Shown here piece by piece: positions 25,564-34,759 of a stretch of DNA of 64,000 nucleotides. Made by a program: the position numbers and the translations under genes. The first letter of the stretch is position 1. Every line of letters begins with the position of its first letter. The notes under the pieces are model-generated. The model was not told the DNA's origin. It searched no databases and saw only the letters and a program-made list of their open reading frames with translations. Origin of the DNA: Capsulimonadaceae bacterium (GTDB taxonomy: Bacteria > Armatimonadota > Armatimonadia > Armatimonadales > Capsulimonadaceae); NCBI GenBank assembly GCA_965277885.1, contig CBDIDS010000003.1:3019205-3083204 (forward strand). The letters are read 5' to 3'.

Positions 25564-26259
25564 TCACATTTCGGCGCGTTTGGCGAGGGCGGCGGGTTTA
25601 CAGATGATCCAGCGGGCGGCGTCTTTGTCCCAGAGAATGGCCCCGGACTCGCGGAAGGCGGACAGGGCGCGGGAGACGCACTCGCGGGTCGCGCCGATGA
25701 GGGCGGCGATGTCGCTCTGGGTCAGGCTGACGTCCACCCGGAGGCTGCCGCCGGGGAGGGGCGTCCCCTGCGCCCCCGCGAGGCGCAGGAGGCACGCGGC
25801 GACTCGGCCGGGGACATCGCGGGTCATCATCATTTCCGCCTGGGTATTGGCGTCCCGCACCCGCAGGGACAGGATTTGCAGCAGGGTCCAGGCGACGGCG
25901 GGCTGGTCCAGGAGCAGGCCCCGCAGGGCGTCCCCTTCCAGCAGCAGCAGCGCCGACGGCTCCAGGGTGGAAATGTCGGCGGAGCGCGGCTGTCCGTCCA
26001 GCAGGCTCATCTCGCCGAAGAAGTCGCCGGGGCCGAGGATGTTCAGGATGACTTCACTGCCGCTCGCGGTCGCCTGGTGGACTTTGACCCGGCCCGACTC
26101 CAGCACATACAGCGCCCCCGACGGGTCGCCTTTGTAGACGACCGGGGTTCCCGCCGGCATCCGCCGCCGCCGCAGACGCGCGGCCAGCGCGGCCAGCGCG
26201 TCTTCAGGCAGGCCCGCGAACAAAGGAACGTTTCGGAGGATGTCCGCTTCGAGGCTCAT
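25564..26259 (-). CDS. Crp/Fnr-family transcriptional regulator (cNMP-binding domain plus HTH)
   Basis: LRNVPLFAGLPEDAL...GDFFGEMSLLDGQPRSA...LTQSDIAALIGATRECVSRAL. Confidence 0.9.
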   Translation of the reverse strand: MSLEADILRNVPLFAGLPEDALAALAARLRRRRMPAGTPVVYKGDPSGALYVLESGRVKVHQATASGSEVILNILGPGDFFGEMSLLDGQPRSADISTLEPSALLLLEGDALRGLLLDQPAVAWTLLQILSLRVRDANTQAEMMMTRDVPGRVAACLLRLAGAQGTPLPGGSLRVDVSLTQSDIAALIGATRECVSRALSAFRESGAILWDKDAARWIICKPAALAKRAEM

Positions 26260-27044
26260 TCAGTTTCCTCAGTGACTTCCACCGACAGCCATTTGGTTTC
26301 GCCCGATCCGTAGAAGGTGGACCAGGCGCAGTCGGCGGCGTCACGGCCTACGGCGATCTGCACCAGCGCGGGCCGGGGCTGGCGCTCGGTGGCGTCGAAG
26401 GAGACCCAGCGGCCATCTAAGAACGCCTGGAAGTAGGCGTGGAAGTCCGGCGGCGTGAGGCCGAGGCAGTAGCCGGAAACGTAGCGGGCGGGGATGTTCA
26501 GGGCGCGGCAGAACGCAATGCCTAAATGAGCGAAGTCCCGGCAAACCCCGATCCGCTGAGTCGCCGTGTCATACGCCGAGGTCCCGGCATCCGACGTGCC
26601 GTACTGGTAGGTAATATGCGCGTTGATCCAGGTGCAGATGGTCTGGACACGGGCGAAGCCGGGCAGGGCTTCGCCGAACATGTCCACGGCCATCGCGACC
26701 AGCCGGTCGGACTGGCAGTAACGCGACGGCAGCGTGTACAAAAGCGTCTCGGTCGGCAGGTGCAGGGCGTCGGCCTCATACGGCATCAGCCGGGGAAAGC
26801 GCGTGTCCGGCTGAGTCACCGTCGCCGTATATTCAATGCGAACGTCGCCCGCCGGCATCAAGAGCCGCCGGCAGGGGTTGCCGTAAAAGTCCAAAAACGG
26901 CTCGGCGGCGGCAAACGGCGTGATCGTAAGCTGGGCATTTTCGACCCTCTGCGCTTCGCCGAGGGGCGTCGCCTCGATTTGCAGCGTCGTCGGCGTCGCA
27001 TCGGGGACAGCGAGGTCGGCGACCACATGGAGAAAAATCTTCAT
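26256..27044 (-). CDS. Transglutaminase-like cysteine protease family protein
   Basis: GVCRDFAHLGIAFCRALNIPARYVSGY...HAYFQAFLDGRWVSFDAT. ATG 27044 has AAGAGG upstream. The stop overlaps the crp start (ATGA). Confidence 0.85.
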   Translation of the reverse strand: MKIFLHVVADLAVPDATPTTLQIEATPLGEAQRVENAQLTITPFAAAEPFLDFYGNPCRRLLMPAGDVRIEYTATVTQPDTRFPRLMPYEADALHLPTETLLYTLPSRYCQSDRLVAMAVDMFGEALPGFARVQTICTWINAHITYQYGTSDAGTSAYDTATQRIGVCRDFAHLGIAFCRALNIPARYVSGYCLGLTPPDFHAYFQAFLDGRWVSFDATERQPRPALVQIAVGRDAADCAWSTFYGSGETKWLSVEVTEETE

Positions 27045-27050
27045 GCCTCT

Positions 27051-27085
27051 TATTATACCTCTGCGGATTATTATACTTCTGCGGA
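27051..27085 (+). promoter_or_regulatory. Tandem direct repeat (t)attatac(c/t)tctgcgga x2 in a divergent promoter region
   Basis: tattatacctctgcgga (27051-27067) is immediately followed by ttattatacttctgcgga (27068-27085). Confidence 0.4.
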
Positions 27086-27213
27086 AAGCCGGGGCAAAAC
27101 CCGTACAACTACAATGGGGAAACGCAAAGTCTCGTGTTAAACTATTCATGTGACTTTTACGGCGGTTCCTGGTACAGTCCTTTGTTCCCGCTTTCGTGCT
27201 ACAAGGAGTTTTT

Positions 27214-28638
27214 ATGCGTTCTCTTTCGTCTTCTTCCACCCTTCTCGCTCTGGCCGCGCTTGGCCTCGCTGCCTCGGCCCTGCCGGTTTTTGCCGGGACA
27301 CTGCTTGTCCCCCAGCAGTTTCCGACCATCCAGGCGGCATTGAACGCCGCCAAGCCTTACGATACGGTTCTGGTCTCGGCTAAACTGAAAGGCGTCTACA
27401 ATGAGTCGCTGACGATCACGACCCCGCACGTTGTCTTGCAAGGGGTCGGCGACCCTATCCTGGACGGCACCGGCCTCGGCGTACCGTCATTCTTGAGCCC
27501 GTTCCAGCCTTTTATCTACCCGAACGGCATTGAAATCCGGGCCGGTCATGTCGCCGTGCGCGGCTTTGTGGTCCAGAACACCGGCGATTTGACAAGCTAC
27601 AGCTCTAGCCCCAGCGCCATCAACGTCGGCTATGTCACTCCCGACGGCCAAACCGATGTCAGCTACAGCGATGTTGAGATCAGCGGAACCACTGTCCGTT
27701 CTTCGGTCTCCGGCATCACGATTTCCGGTCTGTCCGGGACCGATGCGAACGCCGGAGGCTCGCCTAAATTTCTCAAGAATTACAAGCTGCTCGGCGATGT
27801 TGTTACCGGCAGCATGAACTCCGGGGCCGGCATTATCAATACGTCCGGCGCCCTCATCACAGGCTGCCAGTTCACGAACAACGGCGGCGACGGCCTGGAT
27901 ACGTCCGGCTCCGGCATCACCGTCACCGGCAATGACTCGTCGGCCAACGTCAACTACGGAATGGCCCTGAACGCGCCGATCTACAACCCGGCCGCCCATG
28001 ATCCAAAGAACCCAAACCCCGCTCCCAGCACGGCCATCGGCAATTCAGTCCACGACAACCTGCGCTTCGGCATTTCGGCTACCGGCACCCAGACCATCTC
28101 CGCCAATGCGCTCACCCACAACGGCGATTACGGCCTGTCGCTCTTCTTTGCCGACTACTCGACCGTCACGGGCAACTCCATCACCGGCACGACGCTTGCC
28201 CAGTTCTTCGGGCCCTCCGACGATGGCACTGGCATTTACGCCGACAGCGGCTTCTCGTACCCCGCCGACACCCCCGGCGGCTTCTTAACCATCACCGGCA
28301 ACAACATCTCAAACAACGCCGGCGACGGCGTCTTTCTGGCCTCGGTCGTCAGTAGCACGGTCTCATTTAACGCTGTTTCCGGCAACGCCGAAGTCGGTAT
28401 CCACTTGTCCGACTACACGGCGACCACCGACGGTCAAAGTGCCGGCAACGCGCCGAACCACGTCACCGGAAACCTCGCCCTGCACAACACGGCGTTTGAT
28501 GCCCGCGACGACGCTTCCGCCTCCGACACGCTGACCTACCCCGGCTACAACACCTCCGTCGGCGACGGCGGCACGACCATCAACGTCTGGACCAAGAACC
28601 TGTTCGGCAAGACCGATCCGGCCAACCTGAGCAAGTAG
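27214..28638 (+). CDS. Secreted right-handed parallel beta-helix repeat protein (pectin-lyase fold / NosD-like)
   Basis: Signal peptide MRSLSSSSTLLALAALGLAASALPVFAG. Many G-x-x-I/V...N/D turns (ITISGLSG, ITVTGNDSS, ISANALTHNGDYG, LTITGNNISNNAGDG). SD AAGGAG before ATG 27214. Confidence 0.8.
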   Translation: MRSLSSSSTLLALAALGLAASALPVFAGTLLVPQQFPTIQAALNAAKPYDTVLVSAKLKGVYNESLTITTPHVVLQGVGDPILDGTGLGVPSFLSPFQPFIYPNGIEIRAGHVAVRGFVVQNTGDLTSYSSSPSAINVGYVTPDGQTDVSYSDVEISGTTVRSSVSGITISGLSGTDANAGGSPKFLKNYKLLGDVVTGSMNSGAGIINTSGALITGCQFTNNGGDGLDTSGSGITVTGNDSSANVNYGMALNAPIYNPAAHDPKNPNPAPSTAIGNSVHDNLRFGISATGTQTISANALTHNGDYGLSLFFADYSTVTGNSITGTTLAQFFGPSDDGTGIYADSGFSYPADTPGGFLTITGNNISNNAGDGVFLASVVSSTVSFNAVSGNAEVGIHLSDYTATTDGQSAGNAPNHVTGNLALHNTAFDARDDASASDTLTYPGYNTSVGDGGTTINVWTKNLFGKTDPANLSK

Positions 28639-28641
28639 CGA

Positions 28642-28677
28642 AGCAGCCTCCCGGCAGAGTGCCGGGAGGCTGCTTTT
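28642..28677 (+). terminator. Rho-independent terminator
   Basis: 14-bp stem agcagcctcccggc / gccgggaggctgct with a 5-nt loop, followed by TTTT. Confidence 0.8.
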
Positions 28678-29081
28678 CACTTAAAAGGCCGTCGCTTCCA
28701 CATCCAGCCGTTCGAGACGGCTTCGAGGCCGATCTTCGGGTAATACGCCATTGCCTCCGGCGCAGACAGCAGCAAAAAGTTTGCGTCCTCCCCCGCCTCC
28801 GCTCGCACCCGCGCAATCAGCGCCCGCCCGATGCCCTGATGCTGATACGCTTTGTCTACCGCCAAGTCCGATAAGTAGCAGCACCAGCAGAAGTCCGTCA
28901 ACGCCCGCGCGACGCCCACCAGCGTTTCGCCATCCCACGCCGTCACGGTCAAATTGGCGTGTGCGATCATCTTCCGCAGCCGCTCCGTGTCGTGAACGGG
29001 CCGCGCGATGCCCGACTTCTCGAACACCCCCGCCAATTCTTCCGGCGTCAATTGCGCGTTCACCCGGTACTCAATCGCCAT
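28677..29081 (-). CDS. GNAT-family N-acetyltransferase
   Basis: CYLSDLAVDKAYQHQGIGRALIARV (acetyl-CoA binding motif A). Confidence 0.85.
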   Translation of the reverse strand: MAIEYRVNAQLTPEELAGVFEKSGIARPVHDTERLRKMIAHANLTVTAWDGETLVGVARALTDFCWCCYLSDLAVDKAYQHQGIGRALIARVRAEAGEDANFLLLSAPEAMAYYPKIGLEAVSNGWMWKRRPFK

Positions 29082-29099
29082 TTTTGGAAACTTCCTTTT

Positions 29100-29999
29100 G
29101 TGATTGTGTCACAATACGACAAACAAGCAAAGGAAAAGAAGATAAACACACTCACCAATCGTCTGCTCGTTATCGCGCGTCATTTGGCCGATGCTCTGGC
29201 AGGGGTGTCAACAGTTCAAGCGGCTGCCCTCACCGGGTCAGCCGCACTTGGGACCGCCGATGAAAGTTCCGATATTGATCTGATTGTTCTACATACGGCG
29301 CTCCCTGCCCTGCCGGTTCTCAGCGCGGTCCGCGTTCAGGTGAACGGCTCGGAGCGGCTTTATTCTTCGTCGGCGCAGGATACAGCGCGGCTCAAAGAAG
29401 GCTATTTCGTAGACGGCGTTCGGTGCGATCTCAGCCACCTGACACTTGCGGCATTAGAAGACGATTTAGCGCTTGTTTTGGAAGCCTACAGCACAGACGC
29501 GCACGTTCAGTCGCGGGTCGCAGGGGTCCAACACTGCCTGCCGCTGTTCGGCGACAGCCTTGTCCGTGAATTCCAGAACAGAACTGCCCGGTATCCTGCC
29601 GAACTACGGCGAAAGATGGTGGAGACAAACCTCAACTTCCCGCCGTTCTGGGTGCTGACAGAGATGGGCGCGGGGCGCGGCGACCTGCTGTTTTTGTATC
29701 AAACACTGGTAGACGCCGAAAAAGCCATTCTCGGCGTCTTGTGCGGCCTGAACTCGGTGTACCTGCCCGGCGACTTCAAGCGGACCGGCCTGCTCGCCGC
29801 ACAACTCACCCTTGCGCCGGACAACCTCGCGGCGCGGCTCACGGCAGTCTTTCAAGCCGCGCCCAAAGACGCGGCAGAAGAAGTCGGTGCGCTCATCCGG
29901 GAGACATTTGCCCTGGTCGAGCAGCAGATGCCGGAAGTCAGCTTGGCCTGGCCGCGCCGCTGGTTTGACCTGCCGCGCACTGACGCAGAACAGCAGTAA
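29100..29999 (+). CDS. Nucleotidyltransferase-domain protein (KNTase/ANT-like)
   Basis: LTGSAALGTADESSDIDLIVL (G-S...D-x-D). The start is uncertain (GTG 29100 or 29106). The track ORF from 28959 overlaps the GNAT gene. Confidence 0.65.
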   Translation: MIVSQYDKQAKEKKINTLTNRLLVIARHLADALAGVSTVQAAALTGSAALGTADESSDIDLIVLHTALPALPVLSAVRVQVNGSERLYSSSAQDTARLKEGYFVDGVRCDLSHLTLAALEDDLALVLEAYSTDAHVQSRVAGVQHCLPLFGDSLVREFQNRTARYPAELRRKMVETNLNFPPFWVLTEMGAGRGDLLFLYQTLVDAEKAILGVLCGLNSVYLPGDFKRTGLLAAQLTLAPDNLAARLTAVFQAAPKDAAEEVGALIRETFALVEQQMPEVSLAWPRRWFDLPRTDAEQQ

Positions 30000-30026
30000 A
30001 AGGAGAGGCAGGGGCAAGCCCTGCCC

Positions 30027-31631
30027 CTACGCGGCGGCTCTGTTTTGCAGCACCGTGTCATGGCGCTCGCTTTCGAGTGTCTGCGGGTAGTCGGTGGTGT
30101 AATGCAGGCCGCGCGATTCTTTGCGGGCCTGGGCGCACCGAATGATAAGCTGGGCGACGCAGATCATGTTGCGAAGCTCCAAAATATCGTCGGAAAGAAT
30201 GCTGCCGTCAAACAGCGGGCGGGCTTCGGCATCGAGCGCGTCCACGGCGGCGGCGGCTTTGGCGAGGCGGCTATCGGAGCGGACAATACCGACGTAGCGC
30301 TGCATCGTGCGCTGCAAGCGGTTCCGCAGGGCTTCCACCTGGGCATGGTCGAGTGCGCCGACGCGCCGGGCTTCGCCGGGCAGGGGCGGAGCGCTCTCGC
30401 AGGCGGCGGGCAGGTCCGTGCGCTTTTGAGCGTCCAGCGCAGCCCGCTTGCCGAAAACCAGGGCTTCCAGCAGGGAGTTGGACGCGAGCCGGTTCGCGCC
30501 GTGAACGCCTGTAGACGCCACTTCGCCGCAGGCATACAGGCCGTCAATCGAGGTCCGGCCTTGAAGGTCGGTCACGACGCCGCCGCAGGAGTAGTGGGCG
30601 GCGGGAACGACGGGGATTTGATCAGTGGTGATGTCAATACCAAACGACAGGCACCGGGCGTAAATGGTCGGGAAATGAGACTTAATCTCGCCGGCGGGCA
30701 GATGCGTGATGTCTAAATAAACACACTCGTCGCCGGTCTTTTTGATCTCGCTGTCAATCGCGCGGGCGACAATATCGCGGGGCGCGAGATCTTTGCGCTC
30801 CGGGTCGTACTCGGCCATGAACGCCGTGCCGTCCTTGCGCCGGAGGATCCCGCCTTCGCCTCGGACGGCTTCCGAGATCAAAAAGCTTTTCGCGTCCGGG
30901 TGAAACAGCGAAGTCGGGTGGAACTGGATAAACTCCATGTCGGCGATCTCCGCCCCCGCCCGCCAGGCCATCGCCACCCCATCGCCGGTCGCAATCGGCG
31001 GGTTGGTCGTGAACTGGTACACCTGCCCCGCGCCGCCGGTGGCAAGCAGCGTCGCCGGGGCGACAAATGCCTCCACGCTGCTGCTGGCTTCGTCCAGCAC
31101 ATACGCCCCGCAGCAGCGGCCCTCCTGGACAATTAAGTCAATGACAAAGTGATGCTCTAAAACCGTGATATTCGGGTGCGACCGCGCGGCTTCCACCAGT
31201 GTCCGCTCGACTTCTTTGCCCGTCAGATCCGCCGTGTGAATGATCCGCCGCCGCGAATGCCCGCCTTCGCGCCCCAGCGACAATTCACCGTTCTTTTCGC
31301 GGTTGAAGTTCGCGCCGAACGCCATCAGTTCGCGTATCCGATCCGGCCCTTCGGCGACCAGCACCCGCACCGCGTCCTCGTGGCACAGCCCGGCCCCGGC
31401 GATCAGCGTGTCCTGAACGTGTAATTCGGGGTCATCGTCCGCGCCCATGACCCCGGCGATCCCGCCCTGCGCCCAGTTCGTGTTGCTGTCCGTCCGGTCC
31501 TTCTTCGTGACCAGCGCGACCCGTCCGAGTTGGGACACTTCCAGCGCAAACGACAGCCCCGCACTGCCGCTGCCCAATACTAGGTAATCAAACGTCTGCA
31601 TCGCTGCGTTTTCGTTTCTAAATTGCGCCAT
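30027..31631 (-). CDS. nadB: L-aspartate oxidase
   Basis: FDYLVLGSGSAGLSFA, TNWAQGGIAGV, IQFHPT, HYSCGGV, ESRGLHY. About 530 aa. Confidence 0.9.
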   Translation of the reverse strand: MAQFRNENAAMQTFDYLVLGSGSAGLSFALEVSQLGRVALVTKKDRTDSNTNWAQGGIAGVMGADDDPELHVQDTLIAGAGLCHEDAVRVLVAEGPDRIRELMAFGANFNREKNGELSLGREGGHSRRRIIHTADLTGKEVERTLVEAARSHPNITVLEHHFVIDLIVQEGRCCGAYVLDEASSSVEAFVAPATLLATGGAGQVYQFTTNPPIATGDGVAMAWRAGAEIADMEFIQFHPTSLFHPDAKSFLISEAVRGEGGILRRKDGTAFMAEYDPERKDLAPRDIVARAIDSEIKKTGDECVYLDITHLPAGEIKSHFPTIYARCLSFGIDITTDQIPVVPAAHYSCGGVVTDLQGRTSIDGLYACGEVASTGVHGANRLASNSLLEALVFGKRAALDAQKRTDLPAACESAPPLPGEARRVGALDHAQVEALRNRLQRTMQRYVGIVRSDSRLAKAAAAVDALDAEARPLFDGSILSDDILELRNMICVAQLIIRCAQARKESRGLHYTTDYPQTLESERHDTVLQNRAAA

Positions 31632-31679
31632 ACTTATCCTTGAAACCCGCTATTCCGAAGTCTTGTTCCCTGCGAAAAA

Positions 31680-31825
31680 CCATGTGTTAAAACACACGGC
31701 TATTGGGCGCAGACGCCACAAAGTACCGCTTCGCGGCACTGGAAATAGGACCGTCTTCATCTTAACCCCGCGAAGCGGGTGTTTTGTGGCGTCTGCGCCC
31801 AATAGCCGTGTGTTTTAACACATGG
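31680..31825. repeat. Long near-perfect palindromic element (43-bp arms, ~60-bp centre that is itself a hairpin)
   Basis: ccatgtgttaaaacacacggctattgggcgcagacgccacaaa (31680-31722) versus tttgtggcgtctgcgcccaatagccgtgtgttttaacacatgg (31783-31825). The centre contains ccgcttcgcgg / ccgcgaagcgg. Confidence 0.85.
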
Positions 31826-31843
31826 TCCGAAAACACATCATTT

Positions 31844-32863
31844 CTAATTCGGCATCTCCAGCAACAGCGAAATCTGCTCCGGGGTCGGGAGCTGTCCGGC
31901 ATATTCGGCGGGCAGTGACGAGACCATCTGGTAAGACGATACGCCGATAGGCTTGTTCGACTCGCGCAGGGCATATTCGACAATCGTTCGGTCTTTGGAC
32001 TTGCACAAAAGTATGCCAAGAGACGGGTTTTCGTCGGGCAACTTCACTTTATCGTCCAGCACGGCGAGATAAAACTGCATCTTGCCGACATATTCCGGGA
32101 TGAATTCGCCGATCTTCAGCTCAACGGCGACCAAGCACTTCAGCTTCCGGTGGTACAGCAGAATGTCTAGGAAGTATTCTTGATCGCTCACTTGCAGCCG
32201 GTACTGGCTGCCGAGAAACGCGAACACGCCGCCCATCTGCTGCAAGAACGGCTCGACCCGCGCGAGGATCGCCGTTTCAAGCTGCCGCTCGCTGTACTCG
32301 TCGCCCAGCTCCAGGAAGTCAAACAAATACTCGTCTTTGATCGCGAGTGCAAGCTGCGATTGCATCGGTGCGGGCAAAGTTTTGTCAAAGTTCGTCTGGC
32401 TCGTCAGCGTCTTTTGGTACGTCTGGTTCTCGATTTGGTGGATCAAAACATTCTTCGTCCACCCGTGCGCTTTGGTCATGCGGATGTAGAACTCACGCTC
32501 CAAATCGTCTTTGCACTTCTCGAAAATCGCGACGTTGTGGCTCCATCCAATTTCTCGCACCATTGGTGCGAGTTTTTGACTACTGCTGTAATTCTCATAG
32601 AAAAGCTTCATCCGCCACATATTTGCAGCGGAGAAGCCTTGCAGTCCGGGAAACTCGCTACGAACATCTGCCGCCAATCTCTCGACGACCGAATGCCCCC
32701 ATGTCTCGCCCTGCTGACGCTGAACAATCAGCTCGCCGATGTTCCAATAGAGGCTGATTAGCTCCTTGTTGACGGCGCGGAGGGCGTCGTACTGCGCGGT
32801 GCGGATGCGGCCTTTGATTTCGCCGAGCAGATCAGAGTAGCCGGTGTTGATAATCTCGTCCAT
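31844..32863 (-). CDS. PDDEXK-nuclease domain protein, YhcG/DUF1016 family
   Basis: LISLYWNIGELIVQRQQ...FSAANMWRMKLFY...DILLYHRKLKCLVAVELKIGEF...LGILLCKSKD. ATG 32863 has GGGAGA upstream. Visibly lower G+C. Confidence 0.8.
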   Translation of the reverse strand: MDEIINTGYSDLLGEIKGRIRTAQYDALRAVNKELISLYWNIGELIVQRQQGETWGHSVVERLAADVRSEFPGLQGFSAANMWRMKLFYENYSSSQKLAPMVREIGWSHNVAIFEKCKDDLEREFYIRMTKAHGWTKNVLIHQIENQTYQKTLTSQTNFDKTLPAPMQSQLALAIKDEYLFDFLELGDEYSERQLETAILARVEPFLQQMGGVFAFLGSQYRLQVSDQEYFLDILLYHRKLKCLVAVELKIGEFIPEYVGKMQFYLAVLDDKVKLPDENPSLGILLCKSKDRTIVEYALRESNKPIGVSSYQMVSSLPAEYAGQLPTPEQISLLLEMPN

Positions 32864-32947
32864 GTGTGTTCTCCCAATGAAGCGCCACGGAATGAATTCC
32901 GAGGCTCGGACAAAACGGTGTCGCGGCGACACAAGAACCAGATTGTG

Positions 32948-33925
32948 TCAAACTTCGTGTCGCTTCGACACTGTTCTATTCAGCCTCGGATTTAAATCCG
33001 TGGCTTTCCCCGTCAGCAGCCCCGCCGCCCCCTGCGCCCGCAACTCATCGGCGACCTCATGGCCCAGCCACTCGCTGCCGCCGTAAAAATTTCGGGCCGA
33101 GTGACGCAAGATTGCCGTGCCGTCCGGCGATGCGACCATGCCGATGAGCGCCAGCCACTTCGGCTCCAAGAAGCTTTCCAGTGCCGCGAATGCGCCGACC
33201 GGCGTTTTGCAGCTTCCGCCGATATGACGCAAAAACGAACGCTCCGCCAGAACGGCGTACCAGGTCGGGCCGTGATTGAGTTGAATTGTCAGGTCCCGTA
33301 GGCGCTGGTCGCCGTCGCGTATCTCAATCGCCAAAGCGCCCTGGCCGGGGTCGGGCGTAAACCAGTCCGGGTCCAAAATCTCGGCGATATTCTCCTGCAA
33401 GCCCAGACGGTTCAGGCCGGCGACGGCCAGGCAGATCGCATCGTATTGACCTTCACGGAACTTACGCAGGCGCGTGTCAATGTTGCCGCGTATCTCCAAC
33501 AGCTGCAAATCGGGGCGGCGGGACAGCAGCAGGGCGCGGCGGCGGACGGAACCCGTGCCGACCCGTGCGCCGGGCGGCAGGTCGTCTAGCGTGGAGCCGA
33601 TGAGCGCATCGCGCGGGTCTTCGCGCTCCGGGACGGCGGCGATGACCAGGCCGTCGGGCAGCGTATGCTCCAAGTCTTTCATGGAGTGAACGGCGAGGTC
33701 AATCTCGCTGGCGAGCAGCGCGGACTCTAATTCTTTGGCGAAGATGCCCTTCTCGCCGAATGATGCCAGCGGGACGTTCGCCGCCTGGGTCGCATCGCCG
33801 CGCGTTTGGATGACTTGGATGTCAACGTCTAAACTGGGATGGGCGGCGCGAAGTGCGTTCGCGACCCCGTGCGACTGAGCGAGGGCGAGCTTGGAGCCGC
33901 GTGTGCCGAGGATTAATTTAGGCAA
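32948..33925 (-). CDS. hemC: Hydroxymethylbilane synthase (porphobilinogen deaminase)
   Basis: KLILGTRGSKLALAQS...IQTRGD...GIFAKELE...HSMKDL...RGNIDTRL...GGSCKTPVGA. TTG start at 33925, with GGGAGG supplied by element A2. Confidence 0.9.
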   Translation of the reverse strand: MPKLILGTRGSKLALAQSHGVANALRAAHPSLDVDIQVIQTRGDATQAANVPLASFGEKGIFAKELESALLASEIDLAVHSMKDLEHTLPDGLVIAAVPEREDPRDALIGSTLDDLPPGARVGTGSVRRRALLLSRRPDLQLLEIRGNIDTRLRKFREGQYDAICLAVAGLNRLGLQENIAEILDPDWFTPDPGQGALAIEIRDGDQRLRDLTIQLNHGPTWYAVLAERSFLRHIGGSCKTPVGAFAALESFLEPKWLALIGMVASPDGTAILRHSARNFYGGSEWLGHEVADELRAQGAAGLLTGKATDLNPRLNRTVSKRHEV

Positions 33926-33926
33926 A

Positions 33927-34090
33927 GAACCCCTCCCGCTCGTTCCTCGCTCCCTCCCCTGTTAGGGAAGGGCAAGAGAAACAATCTGCCGACAAGACGC
34001 TCTGCCTCTCGCCGAGACGCAAAGCCTCGGAAAACAATCCGAAGCCCTTCCCTAACAGGGGAGGGAGCGAGGAACGAGCGGGAGGGGTTC
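33927..34090. repeat. MITE-like palindromic element, family A, copy 2 (~45-bp near-perfect arms)
   Basis: gaacccctcccgctcgttcctcgctccctcccctgttagggaaggg ... cccttccctaacaggggagggagcgaggaacgagcgggaggggttc. Confidence 0.85.
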
Positions 34091-34091
34091 T

Positions 34092-34682
34092 TCATCTTTT
34101 CCGCCCCATCCACTTCCAGCCGAGGGGCAGCAGGCCCGCCGCGAGAAGCGCTTTGACGGCGTCGCCGGGCAGGAACGGCAGGACGCCGAGCAGGAGCGCA
34201 TGAGACGCGCCGCCGACAAAGTGGGCCAGCCAGGACGCGCCGAGGGCGAAGATGACGACCGAGCCGGTGAGCATGGCGGCGAGCATGGTCAAAGGCCGCC
34301 GGTCCCAGCCGCGTGTCGCAAGGGAGCCGACAAGCGCCGCCGCAAGCGGGTAGGCGGCCAGGTAGCCGCCGGTCGGACCGGCGAAACGCGCGAGGCCGGA
34401 CGCGCCGCCGGCAAAGAACGGCAGGCCGCACGCGCCTTCCGTCAGGTACAGGAGCAGGGCGAGAGCGCCGAGGCGCGGGCCGAGCAGGGCGCCGGTCAAA
34501 AGGACGCCGAAGGTCTGCCCGGTCAGCGGCACCGGCGAGAAGGGCAGGGGAACGGCAATCTGGGCGGACAACGCGGTGACGAGGCTGAAGACAAGCACGA
34601 GCAGCGCGTCGCGTGTCCAGTCAGCGGCTTTCGTGTCGGCGCGGCCCGGCCAGAGGGTTTGAGCCAGTGGTGTTTGTGTCAA
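34092..34682 (-). CDS. bioY: Biotin transporter BioY
   Basis: SAQIAVPLPFSPVPLTGQTFGVLLTGALLG...GPTGGYLAAYPLAA...LPFLPGDAVKAL. TTG 34682 is chosen as start. The long Arg/Pro-rich 5' extension in the track is rejected. Confidence 0.8.
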   Translation of the reverse strand: MTQTPLAQTLWPGRADTKAADWTRDALLVLVFSLVTALSAQIAVPLPFSPVPLTGQTFGVLLTGALLGPRLGALALLLYLTEGACGLPFFAGGASGLARFAGPTGGYLAAYPLAAALVGSLATRGWDRRPLTMLAAMLTGSVVIFALGASWLAHFVGGASHALLLGVLPFLPGDAVKALLAAGLLPLGWKWMGRKR

Positions 34683-34759
34683 GTCGAAATCTCCCAAGCA
34701 TTTTCGGTAATTATACCTACGAGGCAGGATTTCCCGCGCCCTTTGCCGAAGAGGGCCGC

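Noticed and set aside
30010-30028. Hairpin aggggca-agccc-tgcccct between the nucleotidyltransferase and nadB ends as a terminator.
   Set aside because: The stem is only 7 bp with no flanking T/A tract, and it overlaps the nadB stop codon. This is too weak to call.
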